From NCBI RefSeq assembly GCF_001457595.1, contig NZ_LN831039.1, forward strand, positions 5,760,001 through 5,792,000: a stretch of 32,000 nt of DNA, given 5' to 3'. Under the pieces are notes generated by a model. It saw nothing but the letters and a program-made list of their open reading frames with translations, made no database searches and was not told the origin of the DNA. Both the position numbers and the translations under genes were made by a program. The stretch's first letter is position 1; each line of letters opens with the position of its first letter. This document shows, one piece after another, positions 16,247 through 25,895 of the stretch. This DNA comes from Mycolicibacterium smegmatis. GTDB taxonomy: Bacteria; Actinomycetota; Actinomycetes; Mycobacteriales; Mycobacteriaceae.

Positions 16247-17554
16247 TCACACCGAATCGGATTCAACATCCCGTGAAACTCGCGGCTCGGCGACCGTGAC
16301 GCGGTAACGCACGAACGCCGGCACCGCGAGCGCGGCGATCACCACGCCGACGACCACCAGCACCCCGCCGCCTGCGGCCGCGACCGTCGTCCCCACCGCC
16401 GCCGCGGCCGCGCCGTGCAGCGTGTCGGCGAGCCGGGGCCCGCCCGCGACGACGACCGTGAACACACCCTGCAGGCGGCCGCGCAGATCGTCGGATGCCG
16501 CCTGCTGCAGGATCGTCGAACGGAACGCCGCCGACACCATGTCGGCGGCCCCGCCAACGGCCAGGAACGCCAACGCGATCCACAACACCAGCCCGGCGGT
16601 GCCGTGCGCCAGACCACCCGCGATGCCGAAGCCGACCATCGCGACGCCCCACACCACGATCGCGACCACCACCGCGAGGCCCTGGCGCCGCACGCGCGGC
16701 AGCCAGCCCGAGAACACCCCGCCCAGCACCGCGCCCGCCGACATCGCGGCCGCCAGCAGCGCCATCACCGTGCCACCCTCGACCGGTCCGCCGAAGCTCT
16801 CGTGGGCCATTTGGGGGAACAGCGCACGCGGCATCCCGAAGATCATCGCGATGAGGTCGACGACGAACGACATCAGCACCACGCGGTTGCCCGCGAGATA
16901 GCGAAAGCCCTCCAGCACCGCGCCGAAGCCCCATCGCGCGGAACCGCGCTCGGCGTTGCCGACGGGCATGGGGGTGAGCCGGAACGTCGCCCAGATCGGC
17001 GCGAGGCACGTGATCGCGTCGATCAGGTACAGCGTGGACAGATCGACCCAGTTGAGCAGCAACCCGGCCATGAGCGGCCCGACGATCGCGCCGAACTGCA
17101 TCACGGTCATGTTGAGCGAATTCGCCGCGGGCAGTTGCTCACCCGGCACCATGCGCGGGATCGCCGCCGAGCGCGTTGGGCTGTTGATCGCATAGAACGC
17201 CTGCTGCACCGACAGCATCGACAGCACCAGCCACACGTTGTTCAGCGCCAGCGCGGCCTGCGCCCACAGCAGCACCGAGGACACCGCCAGCCCCACCGAC
17301 GCGATGATCAACAGCAGCCTGCGGTCCATCGCGTCGGCCCATGCACCGCCCCACAGGCCGAACACCACCAGCGGCACCAGCGCGAACAGACCCGCCAGAC
17401 CCACATAGGCCGAGTTCTGCGTCAGCGCGTACAGCTGGACCGGCACCGCGAAGATCGTCAGATTGGCGCCGATGACCGTGGGTATGCCTGCCAGCCACAG
17501 ACGCCGGAAATCCGGCGAACGCAGCGGAGTGGTGTCGGCGAAGAACCGTCTCAC
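16247..17554 (-). CDS. MFS transporter (12-TMS, EntS-like subfamily)
   Basis: 435 aa with a GTG start, hydrophobic throughout. The N-terminus FRRLWLAGIPTVIGANLTIFAVPVQLYALT...GGAWADAMDRRLLL is typical of this MFS subfamily. It starts 3 bp after the pdxH stop. Confidence 0.85.
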   Translation of the reverse strand: MRRFFADTTPLRSPDFRRLWLAGIPTVIGANLTIFAVPVQLYALTQNSAYVGLAGLFALVPLVVFGLWGGAWADAMDRRLLLIIASVGLAVSSVLLWAQAALALNNVWLVLSMLSVQQAFYAINSPTRSAAIPRMVPGEQLPAANSLNMTVMQFGAIVGPLMAGLLLNWVDLSTLYLIDAITCLAPIWATFRLTPMPVGNAERGSARWGFGAVLEGFRYLAGNRVVLMSFVVDLIAMIFGMPRALFPQMAHESFGGPVEGGTVMALLAAAMSAGAVLGGVFSGWLPRVRRQGLAVVVAIVVWGVAMVGFGIAGGLAHGTAGLVLWIALAFLAVGGAADMVSAAFRSTILQQAASDDLRGRLQGVFTVVVAGGPRLADTLHGAAAAAVGTTVAAAGGGVLVVVGVVIAALAVPAFVRYRVTVAEPRVSRDVESDSV

Positions 17555-17557
17555 GCG

Positions 17558-18250
17558 CTAGGGCTGGAGCCGTTCGACACGGCCGCCGGTCACCCGAATG
17601 CGGTTGTGCACGCGGTTCTCGCGGCCCTGCCAGAACTCGACGACCTCGGGGGCGATGCGGTAACCACCCCAGTTGGGCGGCACCGGGACCTCGTCGAGAT
17701 CGGCGAACCGTTCGGTCACCTCTGCCAGTTGCTCGAGCAGCGCCGCGCGTGAGGCGATCGGGCGGGACTGCTGCGACGCCCACGCCCCCAGCTGGGATCC
17801 GCGGGGACGCTTCGACCAGTACTCGGCGGTCTCCTCGGCGGACACCTTGGTCACCGCGCCGCGCACATGGACCTGACGGCCCAGCTGGTACCACGGGAAC
17901 GTCGCCGACGCATACGCATTGACGGCCAGGTGCTCGCCCTTGGCGGAGTCGTAGTTGGTGTAGAAGGTGATGCCGTCTGGGTCCACGCTCTTGCACAACA
18001 CCGAGCGCGTCACAGGCCTTCCGTCGGCGTCGACGGTGCCGACCACCATGGCGTTGGCGTCGGGCAGGCCGGCCTTCCAGGCGTCGTTGATCCACGTCTG
18101 GAGCAACGTCAGCCAGCCGGTCGCCGGGTCGTCGCCGAGCCAGTCGACGTCGAGATCACCGCAACCGTCCTTCTCGACGTACTCGACGCGCATGGTCGCC
18201 AGATCAAAGTTTTCCGGCGCTGAACCCGCCGGATCGTCCGGTATCCCCAC
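17558..18250 (-). CDS. pdxH: Pyridoxamine 5'-phosphate oxidase
   Basis: 230 aa with a GTG start. It has the conserved PdxH C-terminal signature [27 protein letters not shown]...ERLQP and the core RSVLCK...[10 protein letters not shown]. Confidence 0.9.
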   Translation of the reverse strand: MGIPDDPAGSAPENFDLATMRVEYVEKDGCGDLDVDWLGDDPATGWLTLLQTWINDAWKAGLPDANAMVVGTVDADGRPVTRSVLCKSVDPDGITFYTNYDSAKGEHLAVNAYASATFPWYQLGRQVHVRGAVTKVSAEETAEYWSKRPRGSQLGAWASQQSRPIASRAALLEQLAEVTERFADLDEVPVPPNWGGYRIAPEVVEFWQGRENRVHNRIRVTGGRVERLQP

Positions 18251-18291
18251 CGCGACAACGCTACCCCTGGCCCAGGTGCGAGAATCGGCGC

Positions 18292-19425
18292 ATGGCAGCC
18301 GTACCGGACGACTTCATCGCCGGGTTGGAAGGCGTCGTCGCCTTCACCACCGAGATCGCCGAACCCGACAAGGACGGTGGTGCCCTGCGCTACCGCGGCG
18401 TCGACATCGAGGAACTCGTCGACAAGAAGGTGACCTTCGCCGACGTGTGGGGTCTGCTGGTCGACGGCAGATTCGGCAACGGGCTACCGCCCGCCGAACC
18501 TTTCCCACTCCCCATCCACAGCGGCGACGTGCGCGTCGACGTGCAGGCCGGCCTCGCGATGCTCGCCCCGATCTGGGGTTATGCACCGATGCTCGACATC
18601 GACGACGAGACCGCCCGCGAGCATCTGGCCCGTGCGTCGGTGATGGCGCTGTCCTACGTCGCGCAGTCCGCGCGCGGCATCTATCAGCCCGCGGTGCCGC
18701 AACGCACGATCGACGAATGCCCCACCGTCACAGCACGGTTCATGACGCGCTGGCAGGGTGAGCCCGATCCCCGCCACGTCGAGGCCATCGACGCCTACTG
18801 GGTGACCGCGGCCGAGCACGGCATGAACGCCTCGACGTTCACCGCGCGCGTCATCGCCTCGACCGGCGCCGACGCGGCCGCGGCACTTTCGGGTGCGGTG
18901 GGCGCCATGAGCGGTCCGCTGCACGGCGGCGCGCCCGCGCGGGTGCTGCCGATGATCGAGGAGGTCGAGAACACCGGCGACGCCCGCGCGGTGGTCAAGG
19001 GCATCCTGGACCGCGGCGACAAGCTCATGGGTTTCGGGCACCGCGTGTACCGCGCCGAGGATCCCCGGGCCCGTGTGCTGCGGGCGACCGCTCAGCGCCT
19101 GGGCGCCCCGCGCTTCGAGGTCGCCTCGGCACTCGAGCAGGCCGCGCTCGCTGAGCTGCGCGAGCGCCGACCCGACCGCGCCATCGAGACCAACGTCGAG
19201 TTCTGGGCCGCGGTGATCCTGGACTTCGCGCAGGTGCCCGCCTCGATGATGCCCGCGATGTTCACGTGCGGGCGCACCGCGGGCTGGTGCGCGCACATCC
19301 TGGAGCAGAAACGCCTGGGCAAGCTCGTGCGCCCGTCGGCGATCTACGTGGGCCCCGAACCGCGCAGCGCCGAAGCGGTCGAGGGCTGGGAGAAGATCGC
19401 GGCAGCGGGATCGGGAGCGGCGTGA
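18292..19425 (+). CDS. citA: Citrate synthase paralogue CitA (Rv0889c-like)
   Basis: 377 aa. It closely matches M. tuberculosis CitA as I recall it ([30 protein letters not shown]...[17 protein letters not shown]...[13 protein letters not shown]). Confidence 0.9.
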   Translation: MAAVPDDFIAGLEGVVAFTTEIAEPDKDGGALRYRGVDIEELVDKKVTFADVWGLLVDGRFGNGLPPAEPFPLPIHSGDVRVDVQAGLAMLAPIWGYAPMLDIDDETAREHLARASVMALSYVAQSARGIYQPAVPQRTIDECPTVTARFMTRWQGEPDPRHVEAIDAYWVTAAEHGMNASTFTARVIASTGADAAAALSGAVGAMSGPLHGGAPARVLPMIEEVENTGDARAVVKGILDRGDKLMGFGHRVYRAEDPRARVLRATAQRLGAPRFEVASALEQAALAELRERRPDRAIETNVEFWAAVILDFAQVPASMMPAMFTCGRTAGWCAHILEQKRLGKLVRPSAIYVGPEPRSAEAVEGWEKIAAAGSGAA

Positions 19426-20024
19426 CGATCGAGGTCTTCGCTTCGGCGGCAACGGCTTTCGCCCGGCTGGTGCGTGCATTGCCGACGTTCGAAGGCCCAG
19501 GCCTCGGCGACTGGGACCTGCGTGCACTGGTGGGGCACGCATCGCGCTCGCTGGTCACCGTCAGCGCGTATCTGCAGAATCCCGCCGAGAACGCCGACCT
19601 CGCCGACGCCGTCGAGTACTACGCCGCGGTGCGCGAACACCTGGCCGGCGCCGACGCGGCCGGTGTCACCGAGCGCGGCGTGCAGGCCGGGCGCGCCCTC
19701 GGCGACGATCCCGCCGCCGAGGTGGACCGCCTTGTCGCACAGGCACTGTCCGACCTCGAAGGTGTGGGCGACCCGATCATCAAGGTCTTCGGCGGGTACG
19801 GCATCCGGCTGGGCGACTACCTGGACACCCGGGTCTTCGAAGTCGTCGTGCACAGCCTCGACATCTCCCGCGCCACCGGGGTGCCGGCCGATCTGCCGCA
19901 GGACGCGCTGCGGAGCGCGACCGTGCTGGCCGCGTCGACCGCGGTGCACTTCGGCGACGGTGAGACGGTGCTGCTGGCGCTGACCGGTCGTGCGCCGCTG
20001 CCCGGCGGGTTCTCGGTGGTCTGA
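19422..20024 (+). CDS. DinB-like / mycothiol-dependent maleylpyruvate isomerase N-terminal-domain family protein (TIGR03083-like)
   Basis: The track ORF (19266..20024) overlaps citA in another frame. The GTG at 19422 overlaps the citA stop (GTGA) and gives 200 aa: [44 protein letters not shown].... The W..R.LVGH pattern and the size fit the actinobacterial DinB/MDMPI family. The function call is tentative. Confidence 0.55.
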   Translation: MTIEVFASAATAFARLVRALPTFEGPGLGDWDLRALVGHASRSLVTVSAYLQNPAENADLADAVEYYAAVREHLAGADAAGVTERGVQAGRALGDDPAAEVDRLVAQALSDLEGVGDPIIKVFGGYGIRLGDYLDTRVFEVVVHSLDISRATGVPADLPQDALRSATVLAASTAVHFGDGETVLLALTGRAPLPGGFSVV

Positions 20025-20025
20025 A

Positions 20026-20412
20026 CTAGTCCTGCTGCGCGATCTGGATCAGGTTGCCGCACGTGTCGTCGAACACCGCGGTGGTGACCGGGCCCATCTC
20101 GACGGGTTCCTGCGTGAACCGCACGCCCAAGCCGGCCAGGCGCCGATACTCGGCCTCGACGTCGTCGACCGCGAACGAGGTGAACGGGATCCCGTCGGCG
20201 ACCAGCGCGTCCTTGAACGGCTTGGCCGCGGGATGCCCGCTGGGTTCGAGCAGCAGTTCCGTGCCGTCGGGGTCCTGCGGGGACACCACGGTGATCCACC
20301 GATCGACGCCCACCGGAACATCGTGTTTGAGAACGAAACCCAACACGTCGGTGTAGAAGCGGAGGCCCTTCTCCTGGTCGTCCACGAACACGCTCGTCAG
20401 ATTGATCCTCAT
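20026..20412 (-). CDS. VOC-superfamily (glyoxalase/bleomycin-resistance fold) protein, Rv0887c-like
   Basis: MRINLTSVFVDDQEKGLRFYTDVLGFVLKHD... is a typical VOC N-terminus. The ATG at 20412 is preceded by GGGAGGGACGA. The track ORF start at 20451 remains possible. Confidence 0.8.
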   Translation of the reverse strand: MRINLTSVFVDDQEKGLRFYTDVLGFVLKHDVPVGVDRWITVVSPQDPDGTELLLEPSGHPAAKPFKDALVADGIPFTSFAVDDVEAEYRRLAGLGVRFTQEPVEMGPVTTAVFDDTCGNLIQIAQQD

Positions 20413-20551
20413 TCGTCCCTCCCTGGTTTTCTCCCCATGCCAATCTGCCACGGATGTCGGTGCCCGGTGGTTGGGTGGCGCTCGGCGATGAGATTCACCG
20501 CTGGGTCCGGTCTGTATTCAGACCCCTCGCCGACAAATATTGGAGGCATCC

Positions 20552-21007
20552 ATGGCAATCGAGATCACCCCGGCCGTCATCCCCCATCTCTGCGTCGACA
20601 ACGCAGCCGCAGCGATCGACTTCTACGTCAAGGCTTTCGACGCCACCGAACTGGGCCGCGCGCCGGGTCCCGACGGCAGGATCATGCACGCCGCGCTCTC
20701 GATCAACGGCTCGACGGTGATGCTCAACGACGACTTCCCTGAGTTCGACAACGGCAGGTCGCAGACCCCGAAGGCGTTCGGCGGCACACCCGTGACAATC
20801 CACCTGACGGTCACCGATGTCGACGCCAAGTTCGCCAAGGCCGTCGAGGCCGGCGCCGAGGTGGTCATGGAACTCGCCGACCAGTTCTGGGGCGACCGCT
20901 ACGGCATGCTGCGCGACCCGTTCGGTCACCAGTGGTCGATGGGCCAGCCGGTCCGCGAGGTCAGCCCCGAGGAGATCGCCGAGGCCATGAAGAGCATGCC
21001 GGGCTGA
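20552..21007 (+). CDS. VOC-superfamily protein, PhnB-like
   Basis: MAIEITPAVIPHLCVDNAAAAIDFYVKAFDATE...DQFWGDRYGMLRDPFGHQWSM matches the PhnB/glyoxalase-like family. The ATG at 20552 is preceded by GGAGG. Confidence 0.8.
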   Translation: MAIEITPAVIPHLCVDNAAAAIDFYVKAFDATELGRAPGPDGRIMHAALSINGSTVMLNDDFPEFDNGRSQTPKAFGGTPVTIHLTVTDVDAKFAKAVEAGAEVVMELADQFWGDRYGMLRDPFGHQWSMGQPVREVSPEEIAEAMKSMPG

Positions 21008-21010
21008 GAC

Positions 21011-22684
21011 TCAGCCCAACAGGCTCGCCGTGAGCCGTTGGCGCACAGAAGGTTTCGGTGCCGTCACGGCCACGGCGAGCATCTCCGGCACGGTGGTGAA
21101 CTTGTCACGCGGGCGGTCATCGCCACCGCGGGCGATCTCCGCGGCGTCGATCGCACGCCACCCGGCGGCGTCGACGACGTCGGGCTGCCGCGCCCGCACG
21201 AGCTTGTCCAGCGCGGACGGTTTGCGCGGCGGGTCGGTGAGCGCGCCTGCGTTGTAGTCGTCGACCAGGTGGTGCACGGTCTGGGCCGCGCACGACTTGT
21301 TGGTGCCGATGAACCCGGTGGGTCCGCGCTTGATCCAGCCTGCGACGTACGCGCCGGGCACGGGCGCACCGGTGGCCGGGTCGATCACTCGGCCGCCGTC
21401 GTTGGGCACCACCGAGGCATCCTCGTCGAACGGCAGATCCGCGATGGCCTTGCCGCGGTAGCCGATCGACGTCAGCAGCAGGCCGGCGTCGAGCGTGCGC
21501 ACCTCGTCGGTGCCGGTGACACCGAATTCGACTGCGGTGACCTGGTTCTCGCCGAGTACCCGCCGCGGCGTGAGCTGGTAGGCGAACCGGATGCGCGGGC
21601 GCGTGATCGGCGCCGACGCGTCGCCCAGCTTGGCGAGGATCTCCAGCTTGTTGCGGGTCAGCGGGTCGGTCTCCTGCGCCAGGTCACGCAGCACCAGGTC
21701 GTGGTCGGCCGAGTCGAGCACCACATCGCACGTCGAGGTCAGGCCGATCAACTCGGGCAGCGTGAACGCCGAGGCCGCGGGGCCGCGGCGGGCGGCGATC
21801 ACGACCTCCTGCACGGCCGAGGACCGCAGGGCCGCCAGCGCGTGATCGGAGATGTCGGTGCGGGCCAGGGCATCCGGATCGCTGGTGAGCACGCGCGCGA
21901 CGTCGAGTGCGACGTTGCCGTTGCCCACGATCACGACGCGCTCGTGGTCCAGGCGCACGGGCAGATCGGTGTGGTCGGGGTGCCCGTTGATCCAGGCCAC
22001 GACCTCGGTGGCGGTCGCGGTTCCCGGCAGGTCCATGCCCTCGATGTCCAGGCGCCGGTCGTTGGGCGCGCCGACGGCGTAGACCACGGCGTGGTGGTGG
22101 CCGAGCAGATCGGCATGTGTGAGGTGCTTGCCGACCTCGACGTTGAGGTAGAACGTGAAGCCCCGCTGCGCCGCCATGCGGTCGAACAACTCGGTGACGC
22201 GCTTCGTGCTCTGATGGTCGGGCGCCACGCCCGCGCGCACCAGGCCGTACGGCGTCGGCAACTTCTCGAACACGTTGACCCGCACGCCACGCTGCGTGAG
22301 CAGTTCGTCGGCCGCGTACATCGCGGCAGGCCCGGACCCCACGATCGCGACCGTCAGCGGACCATCGCGCGTGATCTTGGGCGCCTCGATGACCGGCGCG
22401 AGCTTGGACGTCGGTGGCAGCTTGCCCTCGCGCTTCGGATAGAAGGCCGCGTTGATCTCGACGAACGGCAGCTGCCTGGGTTCCAGCCGGGTGTCGGGCG
22501 CGATGGCGCCGACGGGGCAGGCGCTGACGCACGCACCGCAGTCGACGCACGCATCGGGATCGATGTAGAGCATCTCGGCGGTGGCGAAGCCCGGCTCATC
22601 CGGTGAGGGATGGATGCAGTTCACCGGGCATGCGTAGACACAGGACCCGTCGCTGCAACACGACTGGGTGATGACGTGGGGCAT
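21011..22684 (-). CDS. fprB: Ferredoxin / ferredoxin-NADP+ reductase fusion protein FprB
   Basis: 557 aa. The N-terminal 7Fe-type ferredoxin has cysteine clusters (CCSDGSCVYACPVNC and CVDCGACVSACPVG). An adrenodoxin-reductase-like FAD/NADPH domain follows (VAIVGSGPAAMYAA, VVIVGNGNVALD). The position is syntenic with Rv0886. Confidence 0.9.
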   Translation of the reverse strand: MPHVITQSCCSDGSCVYACPVNCIHPSPDEPGFATAEMLYIDPDACVDCGACVSACPVGAIAPDTRLEPRQLPFVEINAAFYPKREGKLPPTSKLAPVIEAPKITRDGPLTVAIVGSGPAAMYAADELLTQRGVRVNVFEKLPTPYGLVRAGVAPDHQSTKRVTELFDRMAAQRGFTFYLNVEVGKHLTHADLLGHHHAVVYAVGAPNDRRLDIEGMDLPGTATATEVVAWINGHPDHTDLPVRLDHERVVIVGNGNVALDVARVLTSDPDALARTDISDHALAALRSSAVQEVVIAARRGPAASAFTLPELIGLTSTCDVVLDSADHDLVLRDLAQETDPLTRNKLEILAKLGDASAPITRPRIRFAYQLTPRRVLGENQVTAVEFGVTGTDEVRTLDAGLLLTSIGYRGKAIADLPFDEDASVVPNDGGRVIDPATGAPVPGAYVAGWIKRGPTGFIGTNKSCAAQTVHHLVDDYNAGALTDPPRKPSALDKLVRARQPDVVDAAGWRAIDAAEIARGGDDRPRDKFTTVPEMLAVAVTAPKPSVRQRLTASLLG

Positions 22685-22696
22685 GAGTCTCCCGAG

Positions 22697-23713
22697 CTAG
22701 GCCGCGCTGACCAGGTGCTCGCGCTGCGGCTCGCTGCGGTAACGGCTGGGCGGCCCGTCGATCTTGCAGATCTTCCACACGAGCTTGGCCACCGGGTTCA
22801 TCAGACCCGTGTCGTAGCACAGCATCCGGACATCGGAAAACATGTCGCGCAACATCTTTCGCGACTCCGGCGCGCGGAAGAACACTTCCTTGCGCACCGA
22901 GCGCGGGATGTCGAACTCTTTCCAGAACGGACGCGGCGGCACCAGGATCGCCGAGCACAAGATGCGCATCACCAGCGGGACGTACAGCGACAGCATGAAC
23001 CGCTGGCGCCGGCGCAGGCGCGGAACGCGCTTGTGCAGGTACTGGTGCGCGAACGAGATGTGGCGCGCCTCCTCGGCGACGTGGATCGCCATGACCCGCT
23101 CCATGATCGGGTGCAGCTTGCGGCCCTCGCGCAGCACGCTCTTCTGCGTGTGGTCGATGGGCTCCTCGCCAGCGAGCACGCCGAAGAAGAACGGGATGGG
23201 CGTCGGGCCCGCGGCCAGCGGGATGACGGGCTGCAGCCAGCGCAGCAGGCGCGGCATGCCGGGCACGTCCTTGCCGATGCGGTTCACCATCTCCTGGAAC
23301 ATCAGGGTGTGGTTGCACTCCTCGACCGCCTCGTGCAGGCAGTACCGGTATTCCGGTGAGCCGTTGGGCACCCAGAACGAGTACTCCATGAGCCCGCGGA
23401 TGAGGATGTTCTCGAAGTGCAGGCCGACCTTGGCGACGTTGGCCTGACGCCACATGCCGATCTCGATCTGCCGCTCCAGCGACTGCGCCCGGTACCACGG
23501 GTGGCGGCCCAGCGGGTCGGTGTCGGTGAGCACCCAGCGGGTGTCATTCGGGATCACGGCAAACTCCGGCGAATCCCAGTTGATGTCCTGGTACGGGTTG
23601 AAGTTGCGCCGCACCGACCCCTCGGACAGTGTGGTGAGCATGTCCACGTACTGGGTGTCGTCACTGACATCCATGTTGCGACGCCAGCGCCTGATCATCT
23701 TGGTCCGAGCCAT
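22697..23713 (-). CDS. Diiron oxygenase, AurF-like family (Rv0885-like), unknown substrate
   Basis: The track ORF (22697..25126, 809 aa) is over-extended. The ATG at 23713 is preceded by GGGAGAGG and gives 338 aa (MARTKMIRRWRRNMDVSDD...). Two carboxylate/His motifs, EECNH and EEARH, lie about 80 residues apart, as in diiron-carboxylate enzymes. The 12-bp spacer to fprB contains GGGAGA. Confidence 0.8.
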   Translation of the reverse strand: MARTKMIRRWRRNMDVSDDTQYVDMLTTLSEGSVRRNFNPYQDINWDSPEFAVIPNDTRWVLTDTDPLGRHPWYRAQSLERQIEIGMWRQANVAKVGLHFENILIRGLMEYSFWVPNGSPEYRYCLHEAVEECNHTLMFQEMVNRIGKDVPGMPRLLRWLQPVIPLAAGPTPIPFFFGVLAGEEPIDHTQKSVLREGRKLHPIMERVMAIHVAEEARHISFAHQYLHKRVPRLRRRQRFMLSLYVPLVMRILCSAILVPPRPFWKEFDIPRSVRKEVFFRAPESRKMLRDMFSDVRMLCYDTGLMNPVAKLVWKICKIDGPPSRYRSEPQREHLVSAA

Positions 23714-23842
23714 GTTGCAGACCTCTCCCTCTCGTCTGAGGTTTACATCTACCCAGGTGTTGTACAACGGTACCGCAGGTATCGAGTAAATGTCCATGCC
23801 CGATTTGGAAAGTTTGCCGAGAGGTCCGTTGCCGTGGTCGAT

Positions 23843-24598
23843 ATGAAGACGAAATCCGACATAGACGCCATGTCCGCGGCCGGAGCCGTCGTCGAAGAAG
23901 CATTGCGAGAGGTGGTCGCGAACGCCGATGTAGGGCGTACGACAGCCGATCTGGACCACGTCGCGGCCCAAGTTCTCGCCGACCACGGCGCCACCTCGCC
24001 GTTCCTCGACTACCACCCCCGCTGGGCGCCCAGCCCCTTCCCGGCGGTGCTGTGCGTGAGCGTCAACGACGCCGTCGTGCACGGCATCCCCGGGCCGCAG
24101 GTGCTCGCAGACGGCGACCTGGTGTCGGTGGACTTCGGAGCAATCTTGAACGGGTGGTGCGGCGACGCCGCGCGCAGCTTCGTCGTCGGCACCCCGCGAC
24201 CAGCCGACCTCGCGCTCATCGAGGCCACCGACGCGGCCCTGGCCGCGGGCATCGAGGCCGCACGCCCGGGCAACACGCTGGGCGACATCGGCCACGCGAT
24301 CTCGGCGACGGTGCGCGACGCGGGCTACGCGCTGCTGGCCGACCACGGCGGCCACGGCATCGGCCACACCATGCACGAGGCGCCGCACGTGCCCAACGTG
24401 GGACGACGCGGCGAGGGCATGAAGCTGCGGCCCGGGCTGGTGATCGCGATCGAGCCCATGCTGATCGCCGACGGCACCGAGGACTATGTGCACGACCCCG
24501 ACGGCTGGACGCTGCGCACCGCGACCGGTGCCCGCGCCGCGCACAGTGAACACACCGTCGCGATCACCGACGACGGCCCGCGCATCCTCACTCTCTGA
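23843..24598 (+). CDS. map: Type I methionine aminopeptidase
   Basis: The C-terminal 251 aa of the track ORF (23417..24598) carry the MetAP metal-ligand context: VNDAVVHGIP, DLVSVDFGA..GWCGD, GHGIGHTMHE, IAIEPM and AHSEHTV. The start is ATG 23843, or the in-frame GTG at 23834, which has GAGAGG upstream. Confidence 0.9.
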   Translation: MKTKSDIDAMSAAGAVVEEALREVVANADVGRTTADLDHVAAQVLADHGATSPFLDYHPRWAPSPFPAVLCVSVNDAVVHGIPGPQVLADGDLVSVDFGAILNGWCGDAARSFVVGTPRPADLALIEATDAALAAGIEAARPGNTLGDIGHAISATVRDAGYALLADHGGHGIGHTMHEAPHVPNVGRRGEGMKLRPGLVIAIEPMLIADGTEDYVHDPDGWTLRTATGARAAHSEHTVAITDDGPRILTL

Positions 24599-25804
<1,206 letters not shown>

Positions 25805-25895
25805 CCGCTGTCAGCACTGAACCAACCGCCGGACGCCCCGCGTGTCAGCGCGGTTACGAGTCGATAACGCAGTAGGGTGCGCCCAGGAGGTCGGT

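Noticed and set aside
20509-20524. The dyad GGTCTG-TATT-CAGACC between the two divergent VOC genes.
   Set aside because: A 6-bp inverted repeat is easily produced by chance in a 139-bp GC-rich spacer. There is no adjacent regulator gene and no supporting second site. I note it but do not call it a feature.
25805-25895. A short hairpin CCGCG-tgtcag-CGCGG downstream of serC, as a possible terminator.
   Set aside because: The stem is only 5 bp with no U-tract. serC and sepH may well be co-transcribed, so the evidence is insufficient.
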